NCBI RefSeq assembly: GCF_000787575.1
Contig: NW_012236531.1
Coordinates: 281,054 to 345,053, forward strand
Source of the DNA: Acytostelium subglobosum
Lineage: Eukaryota
Reading direction: 5' to 3'
DNA: 64,000 nucleotides
Positions 1 to 11,458 of this stretch are shown here, piece by piece. The first letter of the stretch is position 1, and the number at the start of each line of letters is the position of its first letter. The position numbers and the translations under genes are program-made. The notes beneath the pieces are model-generated. The model did no database searches. It was not told the origin of the DNA and saw only the letters and a list, made by a program, of their open reading frames with translations.

Positions 1-513
1 GAGAGGCAAAAAGATTCCATCAAAGACCACAACTTCACCGAAGCATGTTCAATCTCCAACAGAGTGGATGAGATCGTCAACAGGATCACAGGCCACTCAC
101 ACAAGGTGATTGAGATAGAACTTGGCAAGAAACTGATACTATCCAAACAGATAATCAGTAACTCCTTAAACAATCTGAACATTGACTCATTGTTTGCCGA
201 GGACAAGAATATCCTCGAGAGCATTAAACAAGCCACCAAAATAGATAATTCCTGCTCGGCTAAGTTCAAACAACTGGAGGACACCTACATTAGGAAATTG
301 TCAACCAGGGCCGAGTCAATTCAGGAACAGATTGACAACGGACACTCCTTCGATGCCATGATCAAAAAGAACGAGTTAGTAGTAGAGTTCAAACAGATGT
401 CCAAAATCTTCACTTTGCCTACATGTATTATTGACAACCTAAATAGGGACTTGGACAACTCAGTCACAACCCAAGATAATGTTCTCCATAACCAACAGGC
501 ATTGCATGGATGA
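1..513 (+). CDS. 3' portion of a tandem paralog of the giant GTPase/SecA-like protein (5' end lies outside the window). It terminates about 1,070 aa earlier than the full-length copy, so it is a truncated paralog or a pseudogene
   Basis: Frame-1 translation from nt 1 (ERQKDSIKDHNFTEACSISNRVDEIVNRITGHSHKVIEIELGKK...FTLPTCIIDNLNRDLDNSVTTQDN) aligns colinearly, at roughly 45-50% identity, with residues about 990-1160 of the 4273..10983 ORF (NFNEACSYSNRVKEIVNRITGLSNKEMDVELARL...FTLPKYIIDNLKRDIENTVTKQDE). A stop falls at 511-513 with no convincing GT donor nearby. Confidence 0.6.
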   Translation, partial: ERQKDSIKDHNFTEACSISNRVDEIVNRITGHSHKVIEIELGKKLILSKQIISNSLNNLNIDSLFAEDKNILESIKQATKIDNSCSAKFKQLEDTYIRKLSTRAESIQEQIDNGHSFDAMIKKNELVVEFKQMSKIFTLPTCIIDNLNRDLDNSVTTQDNVLHNQQALHG

Positions 514-611
514 ATAACAATCAACTTTCCAATACTTGAACAAAGACAACCAACTTTGGTTGTCTAATTGGTAACTCACATCAATAAACAAAAGAGGAGT
601 GATGTATGAAA

Positions 612-790
612 GATGGTAGTTTATTACTTTGGCACCAGGATGATAGTTGTCAGTCGGACAATGCTTCCAACGGCGGTGAATGTGAACATGTTGTTGTCGT
701 GGTAGGGGGAGAGGATAATGTCGTAGTCGGGCGTGGCCTCAACGATTGAGTTCTTGTTGAAGAATGGGAGGTTGAACGTGGCCACATGAT
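612..790 (-). pseudogene. 3'-terminal fragment (last ~55 codons, end of domain III) of a Cry-like delta-endotoxin gene
   Basis: The reverse complement translates to VATFNLPFFNKNSIVEATPDYDIILSPYHDNNMFTFTAVGSIVRLTTIILVPK*, nearly identical to the C-terminus of the minus-strand Cry-like gene at 14504..16531 (TFTLPFLNKNSIVETTPDYDIVLSPNHDNNLFTFTAVGSNVRLTSIILVPK*). Nucleotide similarity to 14500..14660 is obvious, and the homology ends abruptly near 790. Confidence 0.65.
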
Positions 791-1896
791 GGCATCCTCA
801 TCCTCGCTGGACTCATCCTTCTTGCTCTTCTTCTTCTTCTTCTTCTTCTCCTCATCGAGTGACTTTGTTGTGGCCGCCTTGTCTTTGCTTGACTCTTTCT
901 TTACATTCTTCTTATCGCTGTTCTTTGTGATTGGTGTATCTTTGTCGTTTGAATCATCATCATTATCATCATCATCATCGTCGTAGTTGTTTGATCCATC
1001 TGCTCCAGCTGACTCTGAATCCAACACAGTCTGACGCACCCTATCTTGCAAGGATTGAGTAACTGGTTGTTCCACATGTTTCTTGATCACAGGTTGTAGT
1101 AACGACGGCGCCGATATCAGGTCGGGATACGCATCATGAGTACTGGCGTGCAGCAGACGTATCATATCTTTAAAGAACCTGGGCAGCGCGCCCTTCTCTC
1201 CATTGTCTCTCTTGAACACACCATATTCCGCGAGGAGCACTGACTCGAGGTTGATCCACTCGAGGTAGAGCTGGTCGTTGTTGGCTATCTTTGATCTGTC
1301 CACGCTGTCAAACACCTTGGGCAGCTCGGCATCATACGTGATCTCGAGCACGTACAATATGTACTTGGAGCCAGGGTACCAGAGTTTGAGGGTGGCTGGC
1401 GCAAACATCTGAACTCCTCGAGACGGTCGGCAAAGATGAAGGCCATCTCCTCGTTGAACTCGCGGATCGCTGTGTGCTCGGCCATCAACTCATGCGTCTC
1501 CCACTTGCCGCAAACGGCCCACATCAACGCCACTCTTGGACACTGAGTGGCACCTTTGAACCTGTGTCGCTGTGATACAGGACGGGGGCAATGTCGACCC
1601 GTGTTGACCGAGTCGAAATGATCACATTTGTGTCCACCAACCGGGATGAACATCGATGTGCCCAGCAACAGAGGTTGTTGGTGTTGTTGTAGTTGACAGA
1701 GATGATCTTCTTTTGTAGTCGCTAACTGATGCTGCTTCAGTTGGCTCACCCTGCTTTGTACTCGGAGTGGAGGTTGTCGTTGGCGTGTTGGACTTGGTTG
1801 AAAGTTCTTGTTATTCACCTGCTGCGTTCTCTTTGTGAGGACGGAGCCATCCTCTTCTTTGTTGGCCGGTGTGTATCCACTTTTTATCGTGGTCAA
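791..1896 (-). CDS. unknown protein with a Cys/His-rich N-terminal part and a long acidic D/E plus K-rich C-terminal tail. An intron or frameshift lies near 1410-1440. The annotated 3' end reads out of frame into the Cry fragment
   Basis: Two overlapping minus-strand ORFs (1285..1896 MTTIKSGY...FADRLEEFR and 650..1408 MFAPATLKLWYPGSKYILYVLEITYDAELPK...NYDDDDDDNDDDSNDKD...EEKKKKKKKSKKDESSEDED) have protein-like composition. The tail ...AIMWPRSTSHSSTRTQSLRPRPTTT... is the +1 frame of the Cry fragment. I do not recognise the family. Confidence 0.4.
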
Positions 1897-2689
1897 ACCT
1901 GGAAGAGGTCCTTCCTGCTATCATTCTTGCTGATGGTAACCAAAGTGGGGAGAGAGTATATGCATCGATTTCACCTGTCCGCCCATTGCTGCCATTGTCT
2001 GGTTGGCCGCCATCATTGTCTCTGTGTTGTCTTGGACTCTAGCATTCTTAATTTTGATTGATTGATTAGTATGGAGTAGCCAATGAACTGATGGCTGGGT
2101 CAATCCTTAGGTCGGAGAAGTAGTTTAAAAAGAATTGCTCAGCCTTGCCCTGTTTTGAATGATTTATTGAATGATTGAGTGAGTTATTGATTCGCTAGCG
2201 TCTCATCAACTTGATGCACCATGTTCATACCTTCCCTCCGTTAGATTGATCATTCTGGCTCATACTCCTTCCTCTTTAGTTGTATCTTGATGTCTACTGC
2301 TGCAGTTACTGTACGTTGGCACTGTCTTTGCTGTAAGACAACATTCTATCCAGTTTGAAATGGAATATCTTGTTATCCTCTCATAATGAAAAAAGATATT
2401 ATCTATATGTATAAATATATATCTATGTATATGTATATATATTAATGTTAGTATAAGTCAAGTAGAATTGACTCTATTATCGCCCACGCCCAGTTAAGAG
2501 GTGCTTCATGTTGAAGAAGTTATTAAAATATATTAAAAAAAACACTCCCTTCGCAACAAAAATCAAATAATCGAACAAATGCCATCATTACCAAAGAATC
2601 AATCAAGTACAAACACATACATCAATACAGACATACTATATCTTTGTTTATAGTCGTCTGCGACCATCGTCTCGTTCAGCCATCTAGTC

Positions 2690-2890
2690 AAGTCATCAAT
2701 CATCATCGACGTCAACCATCATCGCCATCATTCATCAATCACTCATTCTCAATCATTATCTTCGTCAACCATCGTCGCCATTCATTCATCAATCATTCAT
2801 CATGATCGACGTCATCCATTGTCGCCATTCAGCTGGAGGGTCGGTCATTGCCAATCATCAACCATTGTCGTCGACGGTGTCAATCATCAT
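2690..2890. repeat. imperfect minisatellite, about 60-bp unit, 3-4 copies (catcatcgacgtcaaccatcatcgccatcattcatcaatca...)
   Basis: Direct visual repeats of catcgacgtca(a/t)ccat(c/t)gtcgccattca..tcatcaatcat in an intergenic AT/CA-rich region. Confidence 0.5.
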
Positions 2891-3810
2891 GTAGTAATAG
2901 TGTCGATCAAGAGAACGAGCAACAAGACCTCATCTGATTGATAATGACATTCCTTAGGAGGTGTCTCAAAGTTGATAATGTAACTATGTTGGTAAATTAT
3001 ACAACAAAGAGGCTGCTAACATAAGATTGAGCAGCACAGCATAGCGCGATATAGGCAACTAGACATGTTTGGAGTGAGTCCTGGCCCTGGTGATCGTCAG
3101 CGGACTCGGAACATATGAATGATATCACCTTCAATCATCTCGTTGGTCACCCTCGATGCATCGAGTCCGCGTGAACATGTTGTATTTGAGGACGAGCATC
3201 AACATCAACACAAAGATTGGTGCTCATCCTCAAAAACAATAGCAATAACGACAACAAATCATCACAAGTAGATAAGAATGATGCATCATTCTTTCCAGGC
3301 TCTACACTGATGTCTTCATACTGCCCCTTCTCAGTGGCCATTGACTGTTGAACACGAGCGATTGTTAACAGCAACAACAGTGTCAACAGCAACAACATTG
3401 TCAACAGCAACTCCAGAAGCAGGATGACTAACAATGACAAAGGCGATCTGGACCTCAACAGCTCCATCTGTTGTTAATGCACATCAAATATATCATCAGA
3501 GCAATTGATGGACCAATGATCCATCCTAGTCTAGATTACTTTTTAGATGTTGGTGAGCATCCATCTGTTTGATCTTTACTTGTTTGAAAGTATCTGTTTG
3601 ACCATAAAGAGTAGACTGGTTTGGTGTGAGTCTTGGATGTGAGCTGGTTTGGTTTGATTTGGGCATCACCCTTTAGCTGAAGGATAGCACCCACTTGTAT
3701 ACTTATTACTTATATTCTTATACATCAATCAATTATTCAATCAACTAATCATCTATTTACTTATATATCTTGGTGCAGTACCAAGAGATGACGATAAAGA
3801 CCACAATGGT

Positions 3811-3928
3811 ATGTTCATTCAACCTGAGAGCTCCCGTGCACCTAATACTAACAATCACCAACTTATAATATTACTACCACTACTAAACTTCACAGGATAT
3901 AATGTTGGGACCCGACCCTGTTCCAATC

Positions 3929-3978
<50 letters not shown>

Positions 3979-3995
3979 CTTAAATGTGACAGATG
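3811..3995 (+). CDS. possible 5' exon (poly-Q) of the giant gene, ending in a GTAAGT donor; weak
   Basis: ORF MFIQPESSRAPNTNNHQLII...NQQQQQQQQQQQQQQQQQLKCDRW is followed directly by gtaagtag at 3996. Acceptor-like cag/aag sites occur at about 4058-4060. No clean in-frame join to 4141 can be made. Confidence 0.2.
3929..3978 (+). repeat. (CAA)n microsatellite, about 17 units (poly-Gln in the + frame)
   Basis: caacaacaacaacaacaac... read directly from the sequence. Confidence 0.85.
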
Positions 3996-4140
3996 GTAAG
4001 TAGTTATTCACTTTGTTCTATGAAGCCAAGAATAACTTTCTAACAAACATAAACTCTCAAGATACACCGACGCCGACACCTACACTGACACAAGCCAAAA
4101 GAATCACCAAGACCATGTTAATGGATGAGAAGCTCAACGT

Positions 4141-7100
4141 GTCATCGAGCTTGCTTGCAAGGGACGAGAAGTAGCTCGGTTAACTGTTGGCAAGGATATC
4201 ATCTACGTCGTCGGACTGTCAGGATCTGGAAAGACAACTCTATGCTACTATTTGACTGGCCACAAAATTTAATTGGTAAAGATCGAGATACCGCTCTTAG
4301 CTAAAGGTATGCCTACTGGAATGAAAACCACTACTGTTGATGTAGATGGTCTAGCCAAGTCCAATATTGGTGGCCAGAAATGGTCCATGACCAAATTCAA
4401 TACCCTGTACAGTATCAAGGATGTACACATCGCAGACACCCCCGGCACCAATGACACCGAGGGAGAGGCAGTTGATCTCGCTAGCTCTGTTTCAACTACC
4501 AACGGCATCCAAGCCTCCAAGTCCGTGCGACTAGTGCTCGTCCTCTCACGACATGACATTGATGGCAACAAAGGAAAGGAGTTCAGCGATCTCCTCGAAT
4601 ATGTGGCCAACATGGTTCGAAACCTGGCCACCAACATTCAATCAATAACTGTTGTCTTCACCAGGATGGATGCTAATCAATCTCTGAGCACACAACATGG
4701 CGAGATCCTGAGATGCATTATCGACCAACTCAACTTTGAGCAGGACATGGATTCCTCCAGTTTGAGAATGACTCTGATCGAACAGATATTCAAGGGTGCC
4801 CAAGCCAAATACAATCAAGTAGAGAACAATATCCATAGTCCTGATTCCAACATCATCCATATCGCCAACCCTCTGGACCCCAACGACCGTGACAATCTCC
4901 TGTCAATCATCATGTCCAAGCCGCCAATCACCGACCCTCAGGTGGTGTTTAAGTACAACATCTCGACTGCCTCCCAGAACTACATTGAGAGTGTCGTATA
5001 CAAGATTGAGAACACTATCAAGGATGCCATCGTCTTCAAGGACTATGAGGCATTGAGGGAGGCCCTTGAGGTCCTAGGCCTGCTCAACACCAATCTTGGA
5101 CTCAACATACTTGATACCTCATACCGTTCATCATTCTCAGATATCACAAGACACCACAGCCAGCTCGTACAATCCACAAAGGACAGTCTGACTGAGAGTC
5201 TCAGGCTGGGTGGCATCTTCAATCCATTGTCACTCAAGTCACTCACTGACAACATCATGAACATCATGATCCAAGTGGGTGAGCATTTGACCAACGTTGA
5301 GACCCACGAACAAGTGTTGGACTCTTTGGTTCAGATTGCCACCGAATGTCAGCTCTCATTGAAGGACATCAACGAGTATGGATCAATCAAATCTCAGTTG
5401 GGCAAGCTTGAACAACTCTCTCTTCTTGGCGCATGCTTCCATCCAGTGTTTGATCAAGCCAAACAAACAATCTCCGAGCGTGTCAGGTTACTGTTTGATG
5501 AGTTCAACACCTGTCTTGACAACTTCAAATGGGAGGACATTGCCTCCGTCCTGACTGCCATTCAAAACACAATGGTAGTCCAAGTCTACATCAACAACTT
5601 TGACATCAACGAGCTGTATCAGTTGGCAATCCAGAGGATTCAATCTTCGCTCGCCCATCTTCTTGATCGTATCACCAAGACCATCAATGGTGATATGCCC
5701 TCAACAATCGATATTGAGAGCATCCACCGCCAATGGACACTTTTGGTTGAGGCATCATCATGCTCTAGACTTGGAGAACACCTTGGCATATCCGTAGAAT
5801 CAACATACATCGATCCTGCCATTTCCTTGATCTCAAAGTATGTTTTAGACATGCTGAACAATCTTGAGAACAGGAACATCGACTCGGTCAGGCTGTGCTC
5901 ATCCTTCCAGAAGACCTCTACGATCAGATCGTTTGACTCGAGGATCAGAGACATGACGAATCCGGAATACAAGGAGGCGCTGAGGATTGTTGATAAAAAG
6001 ATGGATGACTTGCTCAGTGTCTTAAGACAAACAGTTGATAAGGACAACGCCCGTGCACTGACGACCGTCTCCTCTCAGCTCCGAGAGATCAACAGGTACT
6101 CGCAGTTGGATCAGTTCCTATCTGAACCCAGATGTTTGCCAACCTACTTGGACTCACTGGACGTTGTGCTTAATCAAGTGCTGGATTTGGGTATGACCAT
6201 TTGCGAAGCCATCCAGGGCTCTGACTTTAAGACGGCTTCCTCACGAATCAAGAACCTGTGCATCTTGGTCGATGAACTTGGATTCAGTGAGTCATCTAAA
6301 CTCACAGAGGAGCGCGCCCTGCTCGAGAAGATCGCCAACACCAAAGCCAAGATCAATGAGTTCTTTAGCCAAGCATGCACTGTTGACCAGGTAGCCATGT
6401 CGGACTCAATCAAGAATGGAAGGTGGGCAAGGTTCAAGCGAGAGTTTGAGAAGTTGAATCACTTCAGGACATGCCCACTCTTTCCATTTGTATCCACTAC
6501 CCTGTCAGCGATCGAGAAGGAACTCAAAGACACATTTGATGAATGGGTCACCATCATTAAGACCAAGCTGGCCGAGGACAAATATGAGGAGGCATCTGAA
6601 CTTGCCAACCGTATCAATAATGCAAAGAACATCGAAACCATCTCCACCATCATTGGCGACGACTACTTCATGGAATTGAGCGATCATATTAACAAGACCA
6701 TCGACAACTTCATCAAAAAGATGCGCAACCACCTGTCCGACAACAACCTCATGGAGTTTGCCACCCAAAGACAATCGCTCAATGACCTCCTCAGTCTTCC
6801 AAATACAAAGGTGGAACTCCACAAGGTGATCAGTGGGCTCCACATTGAATTCAAATCGAGCCAAGACTCCAATGTTGGCAGCGTTGTTGAATTCCTTAAA
6901 TCTCGCGACTACGACAACATCAAGAGCAATGTGGTCAGCTTCACTCCAGGCTCCGTTGTTCACACAGATATCATGTCCAAGACAATTGCCGTCTTGAGCA
7001 CTGAGGAGAAGAACCTACTCATGAAGGCCAACAGTCTGGACATGGCCGTCCCTCAAGACAACGATATTACACAGTATATCACAATGTCATTGGATCTCTC

Positions 7101-10100
7101 ATCATTCTACAATGCTGCCATATTGGCTGATGATCTACTCTCGGGCACCAACAGATATGACATCATATCCAAGATCAAGGGCATCCAGGACACCCTTTGC
7201 AGGAGCATTCAATCATTGTGTGAGAAACAGAGAGTTGCGATCAATATCCATAACTTCAACGAGGCATGTTCATATTCCAATCGAGTCAAGGAGATAGTCA
7301 ACAGGATAACCGGCCTGTCAAACAAGGAGATGGACGTTGAATTGGCAAGACTCCTGGAAATATCAAAATCAATGATCACAGACGCCCTCAACAACCTGGA
7401 TGATTCATTGTTTAAACTGCCCTCTTACAGTTACAAGAGTATCCTTGAGGCACTCAAGCAAGCAACTGGCACAGATTTGTCTTGCTCCACCAAGTTCACC
7501 CAGCTGCAGGGCGCCTACATTGAGATACTCTGTGCCAAGGTAGAGCCAATTCACCAAGATATTGTCAATGGAGACTGCAACTCTGCCAAGATCAAGGTTG
7601 AGAGCATAGAGGCAGAATTCACCGATATGTCCAGATTGTTCACTTTGCCCAAGTATATCATTGACAACCTCAAGAGGGACATTGAGAACACCGTCACCAA
7701 ACAAGATGAGACTCTCAAGAGCTGTATTGCCGACGGCAACTTTGATAGGTTGGCCAACAACAATCTAAGTCAGCCCACCATTGTCGCCATCCGCTCAACA
7801 ATCTCAGAGAACTTCATGACACTGCAGAGTGCTGTCCATGAGAAGCATTATGGCATAGTTGCCAAACAACTCAGTTGGTTCAATGGCCTTACCAAGAACA
7901 ATGCCATCATGACCATGATTGGATCAACAGCCACGCCAGACCTGAAGACATTGGTTGACATAGCGTCAAAATTGTTTGAGGAGATTGATGACAGCATCAG
8001 GCAGAATGCGCCAAGCACCGATCACTTGGAACACTTCACTGGCTTGTATCTTCACCTGTCGCCATTTATCTCTGACCTGAACATTATCAACAATTCGTTG
8101 GTAAAATGTTTGTACAACTACATTGGCACAATCAACAAGATCATTCAAGACACCACCACCAGAATGAGCAAGGATATCCTTACCAAGGAGACAAGTCAAT
8201 GGGAGATTGTGGCAACAACACTATACACACTCAAACAGTACCCTGGCTTCTTCAACATCACACGAACAATGTTGCTCAAGTCCAACCTGTCACCTGTGCA
8301 AATGCCTCCAACCTACAATGACACTCACTCCAAGCTTCAGACGGTCCTTCAGTTCCGTATCAAGAGCTTCTCCGATGACATTGCCAGACATCAATACGAG
8401 AGATGTGCATCAACAATGATATTAACACGAGACCTCACCTACATACTCAACTCCCTACCCTTGGTCACAGAGGAGAGCATTGTAACTTTATCAAAACTCA
8501 TCGAAGACCACTCCAAGCATCTTGTCGCCTCCAGCAAGGTACAGTGGGACATCCAATCGTTCACCAACTTTGGAAAGCTGCTTGACCAGGCCACTCTGTT
8601 TGAGAAGCACATGTCCACAGTCCCACAGGTCACACTTGCACCATATGGATCAATCATTGCAGTTGTCAGGAGTTCAATTGGAGAGATGGTGATGATGTCA
8701 CAACATCTAAGCACCACTGATCTTCCAATGAAGTTGAGGGAGATCAAAATCCTTTCAGATGAGGCTCCATACGGATCTATTAAAGAGATCGTTGATGAAT
8801 CCATACACGCAATCATTCTCCACCATAAGAAGAACCATGGACATGACTCAATCAATTATATCGGGCTTGCTCTAACCAGACTTGGTCGGTTGGGCAAGGA
8901 GATTGTAGACGAGTCTCCTCACTTCAAGTCTCTCAAGAACGCCATGTGGAACAAGAAGACATCCACTCTCTCACTCGACGACACCCTTGCTGACTTTGAG
9001 GGCACCGACATCAACAAACACCTCCTCAAGACGAGCTACCAGTCCTTTGAGAGGCTATACAATAGGCTGACTGAGGAAGGATTGAGATCTGATCAATCCA
9101 TTGAAGTTGAAGTCAGTAAGATCATCCAGAATGCCAAGGTGATTGCCTCCTCTATCTCACCCAACATGAGAGTCGAGAATGGTGGAAAGTTTATCAAACT
9201 ATTGGCTCACATCTTTGCAGTGTGGACGTTGGCCAAGTCCGGCGCTCGATTCATGGAGGCTGGAGATGTGAATGAGCTGTTGAAGCCACACACCATCCAA
9301 GTTCTCAGCATCATACGACTGCTGGGTATTGACAACGAGAAAGGCTGGTTTACATCGACTGTAAACTCATTTATTGGAATGTCGAGTCCATTCATCAATC
9401 ACCTCATTGAGATCAAGACTGGCGAAGGCAAGTCCGTCACACTGGCCATCCTCTCACTTCTGATTGCGCTTCTTGGGTTCGACGTCAAGTGTGTCAGCTA
9501 CAGCAGTTACTTGTCCAATCGCGACTACAACGACTTTATGGATGTCTTCGTCCTGTTTGGCTGCCAAGATAACATCTCGTATTCGACCATTGGCCAACTT
9601 TGTGAAGTTTTGATCAAAGAGAATGGAGATGTGCGCGATCTTACAGAGTCATTCATCAAGAACAAACTTGTTAAACAATCACCAAAGCCATCGCCCAGTC
9701 CCCGAATCTTGCTCGTTGATGAAGTGGACATTTTCTTTGGAGATTCATTCATTGGTCACACATACAATCCATCCATCACACTCAAGTCGCCAGCCATCAC
9801 TGCTCTCTTCAGGTACATCTATAAAAACCGTGCCTCCATAACCTTGGCTGCGCTGGTCAAACAGCCAGAATACACCAAAGTAGTTGGTGAGTTCCTTGGA
9901 CACGGACCCATAATCACCTACTCGATCAAACAAATGATAGAGTGCGTGTCCCTCTTCAATCATCCAGCATACGAGGTCGACAGAGTCAATCAACGAATAG
10001 GATACCGCAAACATGATGAGATCTCCTACATCACCGAGTACACCCACCGAACAATGTTTGCCTACCTTGCCGAGAATGAGAAGAATGTGATCACTGACAA

Positions 10101-10983
10101 GACCATTGACAAGACCATTGGCATGAGTGTTGTTTGTGGACATTTCAGCTACTCCAAGATCCCAGGCAAGTTCGCAAACATTCTTGGTGTCACTGGCACT
10201 TTGAAGAGTCTCTCACAGCCAGTCAAAAACATCATAGAGGGTTTTAACATCAAGAAGAGCACCTACACACCATCCATCTTTGGAAAAACCCAACTGCATC
10301 ACAAGGAGATTGCGGATGTCATCATGGAGGACACTGTCGTGTTATGGCATCGCAAGATTCAAGACAGCATCTTGGCCGTCATCAAGGCCGACAGAGCCGC
10401 CATTGTCTTCTTTGAGAATGAGCAACTGTTGACAGCGTTCCAACAATCAGAATATTGCAAAGGATTCGACAACATGGCCATACTTGTGGAAGGTTCAGAT
10501 AAGAAGGATAACATCATCAAGAAGGCTGCCACAGCTGGTCGTGTCACCTTGGCCACGAGCTCATTCGGCAGAGGTGTGGACTATTATGTCCGCGATGACA
10601 AAGTGATTGAAGCTGGTGGAGTCCATGTGGTGCAGACCTTCCTGTCAGAGGACATCACCGAGGAGATCCAAATCAAAGGACGAGCTGCACGCCAAGGTCA
10701 GAATGGATCATACCAGTTGATCATGTGCAAGTCACATCTGATCAATATGGGCATCAACGAGACGGAGCTCACGACCAACTATAAGAGTAATTCATTCTAC
10801 CTCTTCGTCAACAAGGCTAGACAAGGCATCCATGATGCTAAATGCACCAAGCAGGTTGCCAATGCCAGAATTGCTGACGAGCAGGATGAGCAATCCGTCG
10901 AGTATCTAAAGGGACTATTGAGTTACGATCCAGAGAACAAACACGAGCTGTCCCAAAAATTGGAAGGAATAATAAAGGCATGA
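4141..10983 (+). CDS. giant (~2,280 aa) multidomain NTPase: N-terminal septin/AIG1/Toc-type GTPase domain, a ~1,500-aa alpha-helical middle region, and a C-terminal SecA-like DEAD motor ATPase (NBD1, PPXD-like insert, NBD2). The main ORF 4273..10983 has no introns
   Basis: GTPase motifs: G1 P-loop YVVGLSGSGKTTL at 4207-4245, same frame as the main ORF but separated from it by an in-frame TAA at 4270-4272; G2 region MKTTTVDVDG; G3 DTPG (ORF residues 55-58); G4 TRMD (about residue 130). SecA-like block at ORF residues ~1680-2180 compared with E. coli SecA: PHTIQVL / PHSVQLI; IEIKTGEGKSVTLAILSLLIALLGFDVKCVSYSSYLSNRDYNDF / [56 protein letters not shown] / YALVDEVDSILIDEA; EYTHRTMF / DEHTGRTMQG; FANILGVTGTL / YEKLAGMTGTA; GRVTLATSSFGRGVDY / AAVTIATNMAGRGTDI; VIEAGGVHVVQTF...QIKGRAARQGQNGSYQLIM / [42 protein letters not shown]. 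An upstream ATG at 4115 (MLMDEKLNV) is in a different frame, so the 5' structure is unresolved. Confidence 0.8.
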
Positions 10984-11127
10984 AGTATATTTGTCTTTCA
11001 ATAATTATAAATTAATTAATTAAATATATTTCTAGGAGAGTCGAGGAAAGACAGAATGAGTGAGTAGGTTTGGTAATTTTGAACATGTATATTGATGACG
11101 CCTGGAAAGTGACCAAGAGTCCATATC

Positions 11128-11458
11128 AAATTACGGGCCGATCAAATCATCTTTGTATTTTTAGAATAAAGTAATGCTTCGACCTACTGGTCAAAGGCCT
11201 CCTTTCCATTTTTAGCAAAAAGTTGATGACCCACCATCTGGTGTCCATTGGTTTGGATTTATCCCGAGTGTGATCTCCAACCCCTCGTTAGGTGCCAAGA
11301 TACAAACCTCGAAGTGGTGAAGAGACAAGACACAAAGGAGTGGATCTGCACTGGTTTGGGTTAAAGTATCAATCTACTGAATGATCAATAATAATATGTA
11401 TATATAAATAAATACTCAATCATTCTTATCATTCAAAGGATAGTAATAATAATATAAA
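11128..11458 (+). promoter_or_regulatory. conserved upstream element plus proximal promoter of the Cry-like family (copy 1, upstream of gene 1)
   Basis: The core aaggcctcctttccatttttagcaaaaagttgatgacccaccatctggtg...gatttatcccgagtgtga is shared at about 85% nt identity with 16850..16960 and 21786..21870. The proximal motif cattcaaaggata(g)taataata..ata(g/a)aatgaatta sits about 20-40 bp before the ATG. Confidence 0.5.

Noticed and set aside
3147-3467. Leu-rich 106-aa minus ORF; ORFs 1729..2061 and 1921..2103
   Set aside because: Low-complexity or short ORFs in intergenic or alternative frames, with no coding signal.
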